Shown: positions 54,898 to 64,000 of the stretch, piece by piece
Layout: each line of letters starts with the position of its first letter
How positions within the stretch are numbered: position 1 is the stretch's first letter
Assembly (NCBI GenBank): GCA_963851445.1
Contig: CAWKPH010000002.1
Coordinates: forward strand, 25,716-89,715
From: an uncultured bacterium
Lineage (GTDB): Bacteria; Patescibacteriota; Minisyncoccia; Phycocordibacterales; Phycocordibacteraceae
Length of the DNA stretch: 64,000 nt
Direction: 5' to 3'
Made by a program: the position numbers and the translations under genes
Notes under the pieces: model-generated
Told to the model about the DNA's origin: nothing
What the model saw: only the letters and a program-made list of their open reading frames with translations
Databases searched by the model: none

Positions 54898-55272
54898 ATG
54901 GAAGCTCTTTACGCACAAGCTCTCTGGAACGAAGCACAGAAGAAGGATGTTGAGGCAAAAGCAATTGTTAGTAATTTACGAAAGAGCTTGAAAGCACAGG
55001 GGCGTGAGAAAATGCTCGCAGGCATACTTCGTGAATTAAAGCGTCTCGAAGCACAAAACATGAAACTTGGACCAGTGGTAGAAGTTGCCAGCAAGAAAGA
55101 CGAAGCACATGCACTAAAAGAGGCTGCAGCACTCAAAATCAAAGTAGCGCAGGTGACCATCAATCCCGAACTCATCCAGGGATGGCGCGCAAGTGACAGT
55201 AGCCGACTTGTCGATAGCTCAGGTAAGCGTGCACTTATAGAGCTGTATCAGAGAATCACCAGCGACAGTTAA
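54898..55272 (+). CDS. atpH: F0F1 ATP synthase subunit delta (short, 124 aa)
   Basis: Operon position between atpF and atpA; helical OSCP-like composition. Shorter than the canonical ~180 aa. Confidence 0.55.
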   Translation: MEALYAQALWNEAQKKDVEAKAIVSNLRKSLKAQGREKMLAGILRELKRLEAQNMKLGPVVEVASKKDEAHALKEAAALKIKVAQVTINPELIQGWRASDSSRLVDSSGKRALIELYQRITSDS

Positions 55273-55317
55273 TTATTTCAGTACCTTTTACCAACGAATT
55301 AGCAGCTGCATCACTTT

Positions 55318-56997
55318 ATGGAAAGCATTATCAAAAGAATCGAACAGGAAATTCAGGGACTCACCCCTACGCTCCGTGAAGAGGAGACTGGCGTCGTCCG
55401 TATGACCGGAGATGGTATTGCAGAGATCGACGGTCTTGAAAATGCTGTGATGACCGAAATGGTGCTTTTCGATCCAACCTTCGATGGAACTCTCGAATCC
55501 GCGCTTAAGGAGGAGGCTCCTATTTATGGTCTTGTGTTAAATCTTGAAGAGGATGGAGTGCGCGCTGTTATTTTGGGAGACGCTGCTCGCGTGTATGAAG
55601 GTATGCGTGTGCGTCGCCTCGGTAGATTGCTCTCCATTCCTGTAGGAGACGCGCTTGTTGGTCGCGTGGTGAATGCACTTGGCGAACCTGTCGATGGTAA
55701 GGGCAAAATTGCAGGAACAAAGCTTATGCCAATTGAGCGCGAAGCATATGGAGTCATCGATCGTTCGCCGGTTAATGTACCTCTTCATACGGGTATCAAA
55801 GCCGTTGACTCGATGATACCGATTGGGCGCGGTCAACGCGAGCTCATAATTGGAGATCGCGGCGTCGGAAAGACTGCAGTCGCTATCGACACTATCCTCA
55901 ACCAGAAAAGTGAACCGGAAGCAACACGTCCTATATGCATCTATGTTGCAATCGGACAGAAGGAATCAAAGACAGCTAAGATAGTTGCAAGTCTTGCTGA
56001 AGCAGGCGCCATGGAATATACGATTGTTGTGACGGCTCCCGCATCAACTCCTGCAGCGTTCCAGTTCCTCGCCCCTTTTGCAGGAGCAACCATTGGTGAA
56101 CATTTCATGGATCAAGGGAAGGATGCGCTCGTCATTTATGATGATCTCTCAAAACAAGCGGTCGCCTATCGACAGATGTCGCTTCTTCTTAGACGTCCTC
56201 CAGGGCGCGAAGCATATCCGGGTGATATCTTTTATCTACACTCCCGACTTCTTGAGCGTGCCGCAAAGCTTTCTAAAGAAAAAGGTGGAGGCTCTCTAAC
56301 AGCACTTCCAATTATCGAGACACAAGAAGGAGACATCTCGGCATACATCCCCACAAATGTGATCTCAATCACTGATGGGCAAATCTTCCTTCTCACCGAC
56401 CTGTTCAATAAGGGCCAGCGTCCCGCAATTGATGTCGGAAACTCAGTGTCACGCGTGGGTTCCTCAGCACAGACGAAGGCAGTGAAAAAGGTTTCAGGAA
56501 AGATTAAACTCGAACTTGCGCAATTCCGAGAGCTTGAAGCATTTATGCAATTCTCGTCTGACCTTGATGAGGAAACGAAACGTCGTATTGACTCAGGTAG
56601 GCGTCTTACTGAGGTTCTTATTCAGCCACAGGGCCAACCGGTGCCCTTTGATATGGAAGCAGCAATCATATTTGCCGCTACTAATGGGTACTTAGACACA
56701 TTCGCACCAGAAGACACACGTGAAGCACAGCGCAAATTGCAAGATTTCCTAATGCGCGAAGCGCAACCGGAGCTCAATATGATTCGTGAATCAAAGGATC
56801 TGGGAGAAGAAACTGACAAAGCACTTCGTGCAAAACTCGATCTTTTCAAGGAACGTGTTGCACCAAAAGTAAGACATGCTGAACAGGATGCCACTGAAAT
56901 GGGTACTGATTCAGAAGCAGTAATTCAAGAGGAAGCTGTAGCAAATATCGCAGCAGTCGAAGAAGCTACAAATGGTGGCATTGAAAGTGCAGAATAA
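55318..56997 (+). CDS. atpA: F0F1 ATP synthase subunit alpha
   Basis: '[18 protein letters not shown]' P-loop and '[44 protein letters not shown]'. Confidence 0.9.
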   Translation: MESIIKRIEQEIQGLTPTLREEETGVVRMTGDGIAEIDGLENAVMTEMVLFDPTFDGTLESALKEEAPIYGLVLNLEEDGVRAVILGDAARVYEGMRVRRLGRLLSIPVGDALVGRVVNALGEPVDGKGKIAGTKLMPIEREAYGVIDRSPVNVPLHTGIKAVDSMIPIGRGQRELIIGDRGVGKTAVAIDTILNQKSEPEATRPICIYVAIGQKESKTAKIVASLAEAGAMEYTIVVTAPASTPAAFQFLAPFAGATIGEHFMDQGKDALVIYDDLSKQAVAYRQMSLLLRRPPGREAYPGDIFYLHSRLLERAAKLSKEKGGGSLTALPIIETQEGDISAYIPTNVISITDGQIFLLTDLFNKGQRPAIDVGNSVSRVGSSAQTKAVKKVSGKIKLELAQFRELEAFMQFSSDLDEETKRRIDSGRRLTEVLIQPQGQPVPFDMEAAIIFAATNGYLDTFAPEDTREAQRKLQDFLMREAQPELNMIRESKDLGEETDKALRAKLDLFKERVAPKVRHAEQDATEMGTDSEAVIQEEAVANIAAVEEATNGGIESAE

Positions 56998-57003
56998 ATC
57001 ACC

Positions 57004-57912
57004 ATGGCACTCAAGGACATTAAGGCGAAAATACAGGCAACGAAGCGCATGAATACGGTAACGCGCGCCATGGAGGCTGTTTCAGCAGCTAAAATGCGTC
57101 GTACTCAACATGCAGCGTTCGCTGGGCGCGCATACGCAAGGGCAGCGCTTTCAATCCTTGCGCGACTTTCAGGAAGTGCCGATGTGCAAAGGCATCCGCT
57201 CACAACGATGCGAGAAGTGAAGAGAACCGGCCTCGTTGTCATTACGAGCGATCGCGGCCTCGCGGGTGCCCTTAATAGTGGCGTTATCAAAGCTGCGCTT
57301 CGCGCAATTGAGGGACGCCCTATAGATTCCATCACCGTATTTGCTTACGGAAAGAAAGGAGAAGAATATTTTCGACGTCGTTCATACCGTATTAACCAAG
57401 CCATCGAGAATAAACGCGACGACGTACCACTTTCAGATATGCAAGAGCTTTCGCAGGATCTCTCTACAGGATTTCTTTCTGGTGAGTATGATGAGGTGGT
57501 TGCAGTGTATAGCAACTTCCGTTCTACCTTTGAACAGATTCCAACTGTTCGTCGTTTGCTCCCTCTATCACTTGAATCGATAGGAAGCATTGTTCGGGAT
57601 ATACGGCCCGCAAAAGGTAAGTGGAGCGATGAGGCACTTCTTGAGTCTCCCGCTGCGTATTCGATTGAACCCGATGCTGAAGAAGTACTCGGACTTCTCA
57701 TTCCACGCCTTGTTGCCGTCTCGCTCTATTTTATGCTGCTTGAAGCAAAAGCATCTGAACATTCTGCACGTATGGTTGCCATGAAGAACGCATCGGATAA
57801 ATCGAAAGAACGCGTGCGCGATTTTACCCGTTTGTATAACAAAATTCGTCAGGCAGCGATTACGCGCGAAGTCTCGGAGATTGTTGGCGGTCGCGAAGCA
57901 CTCGCTGCGTAA
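57004..57912 (+). CDS. atpG: F0F1 ATP synthase subunit gamma
   Basis: 'IKAKIQATKRMNTVTRAMEAVSAAKMRR' N-terminus and 'ITREVSEIVGG' C-terminal helix. Confidence 0.85.
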   Translation: MALKDIKAKIQATKRMNTVTRAMEAVSAAKMRRTQHAAFAGRAYARAALSILARLSGSADVQRHPLTTMREVKRTGLVVITSDRGLAGALNSGVIKAALRAIEGRPIDSITVFAYGKKGEEYFRRRSYRINQAIENKRDDVPLSDMQELSQDLSTGFLSGEYDEVVAVYSNFRSTFEQIPTVRRLLPLSLESIGSIVRDIRPAKGKWSDEALLESPAAYSIEPDAEEVLGLLIPRLVAVSLYFMLLEAKASEHSARMVAMKNASDKSKERVRDFTRLYNKIRQAAITREVSEIVGGREALAA

Positions 57913-57942
57913 TTTGCATAAATGCATACAAAAAAGCTATAA

Positions 57943-59581
<1,639 letters not shown>

Positions 59582-59597
59582 GGGCCGCAATGGTTAT

Positions 59598-59849
59598 TTG
59601 ATATACTATCCCCGTATGGCAATTCAAGATTTTTTCATAAATCAAGCACTCAAATGGAAAATGAAGGATGTTCCTGAGGAACAGCGCGAGCAGCTTATGG
59701 TGATGATAAAGAAGAACCCTGATCTCTTCAAGAAAATCGGCGAGGAAGTAGATCGCCGGGTTAAAAAGGGTGGTGAACAACAAATGAAAGCGACCATGGA
59801 GGTAATGAAAAAGTATCGATCTGAACTTGCTGAGATTATGGGGAAATAA
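59598..59849 (+). CDS. hypothetical small basic protein (83 aa)
   Basis: ORF only, immediately after atpC. Confidence 0.3.
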   Translation: MIYYPRMAIQDFFINQALKWKMKDVPEEQREQLMVMIKKNPDLFKKIGEEVDRRVKKGGEQQMKATMEVMKKYRSELAEIMGK

Positions 59850-59855
59850 CAGATC

Positions 59856-60389
59856 ATGACTCTCGCACTCATACAGCTCGCTATCCTTACCAATGTTATA
59901 GGTGCTCTTTTAGGAACAGCCTTTACGACATATGCAGAAATTTATTACACAATAGCTGCATCAGATGGAAGAATTGATCATCATGAGCGTAAATATTTAC
60001 GACATCTTTTTAGGGGACTTAGATTCGGAATGACACTCGTACTTCTTTCGGGCATCGCACTCATCGTACTCGAGTATCTTGTTCCAAGTGGTCAACAAGC
60101 TGTTCTTGCCTCTCCTTTTTGGATGCTTGAGACACTTATATTTCTTGTGCTCATACTTGGTCGTCAACTTTCAGAGAAACGCGTAACTTGGTGGCTTGGA
60201 TCGGCGGGCGTTTTGAGTGCATGGTGGATGATCCTCCTTATTGATTTCGGAGTTTTCAATCAGTTCGGATACCTAATCCTTGTTTCTCTTTATGTTCTTA
60301 CAACTCTAGTAGTGGCGGGGATATTGGGTTATATCAGAATGTGGCTATGGCATCCTACTCCAATAGAAGATAAAGACACTAATGCGTAA
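59856..60389 (+). CDS. hypothetical 4-TM membrane protein
   Basis: Hydrophobicity pattern only. Confidence 0.4.
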   Translation: MTLALIQLAILTNVIGALLGTAFTTYAEIYYTIAASDGRIDHHERKYLRHLFRGLRFGMTLVLLSGIALIVLEYLVPSGQQAVLASPFWMLETLIFLVLILGRQLSEKRVTWWLGSAGVLSAWWMILLIDFGVFNQFGYLILVSLYVLTTLVVAGILGYIRMWLWHPTPIEDKDTNA

Positions 60390-60401
60390 TATTATAAAGT
60401 T

Positions 60402-60971
60402 ATGAAAATATTTATACTTCTTGGGAATCCTGATGCCGAAACTCTCTCAGGTGAGTTTGCAACCACTTACGAAAAGGAGGCGCAGGCAGCTGGACATGAG
60501 GTGAAGCGCCTTAACATAGGAGAATTACATTTTGATCCAATCCTTCATAAAGGATACAAGGAGGTTCAAGCCCTTGAGCCCGATCTCCTTCTCGTTCAAG
60601 AGAATATGCGCTGGTGCGATCATTTCGTCCTTATATATCCACTCTGGTGGTCAGGATTGCCGGCCCTTCTCAAAGGTCTTTGGGATCGCATGTATATGCC
60701 TGGCTTTGCATTCCATTTTCATAAAGACGGACGCGGCTGGGACAGGCTTCTCAAAGGGCGTACTGCACGTGTCATTATCCTTTCGAAAAACTGGCCTATA
60801 CTTATCCGCTCACTCTTTGGGGATTACACAAACGAAATCTCACGAGCTATTCTTGGATTTGCCGGTTTCAAGGTACGCCTCACAGAGATTGGAGATTCCG
60901 AAACTCTTCAACCCTCATCTAAAGCTAAGTGGATTATGAAAATTAAATCTCTTGCAAGAGAGGGAAAATAG
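60402..60971 (+). CDS. flavodoxin-like-fold NAD(P)H-dependent oxidoreductase (NQO1/MdaB-type)
   Basis: 'MKIFILLGNPDAETLSGEFATTYEKEAQAAGHEVKRLNIGELHFDP…HFVLIYPLWWSGLPALLKGLWDRM'. Confidence 0.7.
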   Translation: MKIFILLGNPDAETLSGEFATTYEKEAQAAGHEVKRLNIGELHFDPILHKGYKEVQALEPDLLLVQENMRWCDHFVLIYPLWWSGLPALLKGLWDRMYMPGFAFHFHKDGRGWDRLLKGRTARVIILSKNWPILIRSLFGDYTNEISRAILGFAGFKVRLTEIGDSETLQPSSKAKWIMKIKSLAREGK

Positions 60972-61619
60972 ATACTGATCATACTGATATAAAAAACCGC
61001 CCTTGTAACTAAAGGCGGACTACTCTACCTTCGCGCAAGGTCGTACTATAGGAGGACTAGCGGTGCTCCCATCGCTGCGCAAGGCAAACCATTGTGATTA
61101 GTATGCTGGCTCATCGTAAAATCCGACTCTATCGAGTGACCTGTAGAAGGCCTGGCATACATGCATCTGGCTATCTCCAAACAGGTGCCGCAGACTCCAT
61201 CCCTGTCATCTGTGACTATTTCTTCCTCTATTGCGAACATGCCCTCTCACTGTACGTTGTTGAAGATAGTAACAATAAGCCATAAGGCCCATGCAAATGA
61301 GTTTGTCATCTTTGTAACAAAAGTCAATAGTTATAACTCTTTCGTGTCTGAGGTTGGACGCCGGCGATTTATATAAATATAAAGCAGGAACTACTTTGAG
61401 ACTTTTGCTGCCAGCTTAATCGCAAGTCGTTTTGCAGTCTTATGAGGATGTTTTCTTATTTTCTTTGGACTAACTCCGTGACTGTTTTTCCCCATATAGA
61501 TTTAGATGTTTAGATAATAGTTACAGGATACTACGCAATTAGATAAATAGCTTGATGCTCTCATTCGAACCTTGTTGAGTGCTCTTTGCTTTTTGTATTG
61601 AACCGCGTAGAGTCTATGT

Positions 61620-62717
61620 ATGCTGAAGATAGGAATCGTAGGACTTCCAAACGTTGGGAAGTCCACTCTTTTTAATGCCCTCACAAAACAAAGCGTCCCA
61701 GCGGAAAATTACCCGTTCTGTACAATCGACCCATCTGTTGGAGTAGTAGGTGTACCAGACACGCGTTTGGATCGGCTTGGGGAACTCTCGAGCTCAGAGA
61801 AAATTATTGCTGCCGCTATCGAATTTGTTGACATCGCAGGACTTGTAAAAGGTGCCTCAGAAGGCGAGGGATTAGGTAATCAATTTCTCTCGCATATTCG
61901 AGAAGTAGATGCCATCCTTGAGATGGTGCGATTTTTCGACGATCCTGACATTTCACACGTGCATGGCACGATTGATCCGGTAAGTGATATAGAGGTTATT
62001 AATCTGGAACTTATACTTGCCGATCAGCAGTCTGTTTCAGGAAGGCGCGAACGCATACTGCGCGATGTACGGGCAGGCGTAAAAGATGCTATTGCAGAAG
62101 ATGCGGTACTACAAAAAATTGAACACGTGCTTGGCGAGGGGAAATTGGCTCACGTAGCGATGCTCACTCTAGAAGAGTATAAAATTGTAAAATCACTCGG
62201 ATTACTTACTCTAAAGCCAATCCTTTATGCATTAAACGGAAAGGCGGGTGGGCATAATCTTTCAGAATTAAATGATGGCCGAGCCCGCTCAGCGATAGCC
62301 TATATTGAATCACTTGGTTCAAAATATGTTGAAGTAGATGCTGCAACTGAGCGCGATCTGAATGAGGTTGCAAATGATGATCAAGAGTTGTTTCGCCAGG
62401 AACTCGGTGTACAGATAAACGGCCTCACCGAACTCATACGTGCAGCATATGAAACGCTTGGTTTAATAACCTTTTTCACCACGGGTCCCAAGGAGTCACG
62501 CGCATGGACAATAACAAAAGGATCAACGGCGCCTGAGGCGGGGGCAGCCATTCATACCGATTTTAAAGATAAATTCATTCGAGCAGAAGTTGTTGGATAC
62601 GATACACTCCTTTCTGATGGCAGTTGGAGTGCTGCACGCGACAAGGGTGACTTACGAATTGAAGGGAAAACATATGTTGTTAGGGATGGAGACGTAATGG
62701 TTTTCCTTCATAGTTGA
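61620..62717 (+). CDS. ychF: ribosome-binding ATPase YchF (Obg-family, with TGS domain)
   Basis: 'IGIVGLPNVGKSTLFNALT…YPFCTIDP' and C-terminal 'RAWTITKGSTAPEAGAAIHTDF…GKTYVVRDGDVM'. Confidence 0.85.
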   Translation: MLKIGIVGLPNVGKSTLFNALTKQSVPAENYPFCTIDPSVGVVGVPDTRLDRLGELSSSEKIIAAAIEFVDIAGLVKGASEGEGLGNQFLSHIREVDAILEMVRFFDDPDISHVHGTIDPVSDIEVINLELILADQQSVSGRRERILRDVRAGVKDAIAEDAVLQKIEHVLGEGKLAHVAMLTLEEYKIVKSLGLLTLKPILYALNGKAGGHNLSELNDGRARSAIAYIESLGSKYVEVDAATERDLNEVANDDQELFRQELGVQINGLTELIRAAYETLGLITFFTTGPKESRAWTITKGSTAPEAGAAIHTDFKDKFIRAEVVGYDTLLSDGSWSAARDKGDLRIEGKTYVVRDGDVMVFLHS

Positions 62718-63382
62718 AAGGCAGAAATCTAAAGATATTTATCTACAAATCATGCTATAATCCCGCGCATATGGGATCAGATTCTGAATCGCACGAAACA
62801 AAAAAAGCAGATCAAAAGAAAAGTCCTAAGATAGTACGGTGGGCAGTGCTGCTTGGTATTACGATAGTATTAACTATTTTTGTGTTCGTCGTACGTTCGC
62901 TAGTCTTTCAAATGCCTAATCAGGAGACCTATTGCCCTTCACCGACTCCGGTATCAACTTCTACACCCCAAACATCACAGTCTTGCACTGCCGCAGGCGG
63001 CATATGGAACCCTGAGACCGCTGCTCCCGCTCCACAAGAAGTCCAGCAAGGATCTGTAACTGGTCCCGCCATCATTCTCTCAAATCAAGGATATTGTGAT
63101 CTCACCATAAAGTGCATGGATGCCTACAACTCTGCAGAAAATCAGTACGCACTTGACTCATTTGTACTTGAGATAGGCCTTGGGCTACTTGCAATTGTTA
63201 TCGGTATACTTCCGATCGGTTCCTCAATCGTATCAGCGGGATTTGCCTACGGAGGAGTTCTTACCTTCATAGTCGCTGCAGCGCAGTATTGGGGCAATGC
63301 CGACAACCTGCTAAGGCTCGGTATGCTGATCATCGCACTCGCAATACTAATCTACATCGGCATTAAGAGATTTCACGACTAG
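62714..63382 (+). CDS. hypothetical membrane protein (N-terminal TM, Pro/Thr-rich middle, C-terminal TM bundle)
   Basis: Hydrophobicity pattern; start overlaps the ychF stop. Confidence 0.4.
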   Translation: MKGRNLKIFIYKSCYNPAHMGSDSESHETKKADQKKSPKIVRWAVLLGITIVLTIFVFVVRSLVFQMPNQETYCPSPTPVSTSTPQTSQSCTAAGGIWNPETAAPAPQEVQQGSVTGPAIILSNQGYCDLTIKCMDAYNSAENQYALDSFVLEIGLGLLAIVIGILPIGSSIVSAGFAYGGVLTFIVAAAQYWGNADNLLRLGMLIIALAILIYIGIKRFHD

Positions 63383-63405
63383 ATCCGGTGCCTAGAGAGG
63401 TAGTT

Positions 63406-64000
63406 ATGGCTAAAGAACCCTACAACCATCGACAGATAGAAAAAGATGCTCAGGAAAAATGGGCTCGACTGAATCTCTACAGTACTGATTTGGGCGATAC
63501 TGAGAAGGAATCTTACTATTTGTTATCAGAATTTCCGTACCCATCGGGCGAGTTGCACACGGGTCACTGGTACGCATTTGCACTTCCAGATATTTACGCG
63601 CGCTATTTACGCATGAACGGTAAAAATGTTCTTTTCCCTATGGGATTCGATGCATTTGGGCTTCCGGCAGAAAATGCGGCAATCAGAAACGGCATTGATC
63701 CAAAAGAGTGGACCTACGCGAATATGGACCGCATGCGGACACAATTTCGTTCAATGGGTACCTCACTCGATTGGTCAAAAGAAGTAGTTACCTGTGACCC
63801 CGGATACTATAAATGGACTCAGTGGCTTTTTTCAAAACTTTTTGAGCATGGGCTTGCCGAGCGCAAGAAGGCTGCAGTGAAATGGTGTCCTAAGGACCAG
63901 ACGGTACTCGCCAACGAACAAGTAATCAATGGTCACTGCGAACGCTGTGGTACCGAAGTCGAAGAAAAGATTCTTACACAATGGTTCCTCACTATTACAA
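63406..64000 (+). CDS. leuS: leucyl-tRNA synthetase, 3'-partial (runs off the window end)
   Basis: AGAGAGG RBS, then 'PYPSGELHTGHWYAFALPDIYARYLRMNGKNVLFPMGFDAFGLPAENAA' (class I HIGH region) and a CxxC zinc knuckle. No stop before nt 64000. Confidence 0.8.
   Translation, partial: MAKEPYNHRQIEKDAQEKWARLNLYSTDLGDTEKESYYLLSEFPYPSGELHTGHWYAFALPDIYARYLRMNGKNVLFPMGFDAFGLPAENAAIRNGIDPKEWTYANMDRMRTQFRSMGTSLDWSKEVVTCDPGYYKWTQWLFSKLFEHGLAERKKAAVKWCPKDQTVLANEQVINGHCERCGTEVEEKILTQWFLTIT

Overview
This 64 kb window looks like a small, low-GC (about 40–45% by eye), gene-dense bacterial genome that uses the standard genetic code (TGA is a stop). The gene content is what you see in Patescibacteria/CPR-like reduced genomes, though that placement is an inference. 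Housekeeping genes include dus, dnaX, tgt, uvrB, uvrA, a short uvrC, ddl, truD, mltG, a pyrE–pyrF fusion, a complete F1Fo ATP synthase operon (atpBEFHAGDC), ychF and the 5' end of leuS. There are three tRNAs: Gln-UUG, Ala-UGC and Ala-GGC. Other recognisable pieces are an SOS module (autoregulated lexA with a Cheo-type box, followed by a Y-family polymerase), an ECF sigma/anti-sigma pair, and a histidine kinase/receiver pair sitting between uvrB and uvrA. Secreted-protein paralogs are abundant: peptidoglycan-binding + IPT/TIG repeat proteins and MliC-like domain proteins.

The less ordinary content is as follows:
- A mosaic, visibly GC-rich block at 3.6–7.7 kb directly abutting tRNA-Gln. It carries decayed fragments of a serine-recombinase C-terminus and an ArdC-like N-terminus, and looks like a degraded integrative or conjugative element (or an assembly chimera).
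- Three isolated high-GC ORFs elsewhere in the window (33438–34028, 45777–46172, 47951–48583), each with its own sigma70-like promoter and terminator.
- A three-gene flavinylation-linked redox module: an FMN-binding-domain protein, the ApbE flavin transferase, and a fusion of an RnfD/NqrB-like membrane domain to an FNR-like FAD/NAD domain.
- A co-directional block encoding a soluble TraD/VirD4-like FtsK/HerA-superfamily ATPase, a 999-aa coiled-coil membrane protein, a small acidic protein and an FKBP.
- A roughly 265-nt promoter-to-terminator non-coding transcript between uvrC and ddl.
- A frameshifted AsnA-like class II aminoacyl-tRNA-synthetase-core gene.

No CRISPR array and no rRNA were seen. 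All calls come from reading the sequence and the supplied ORF translations. No database search was run, and GC statements are by eye rather than computed.
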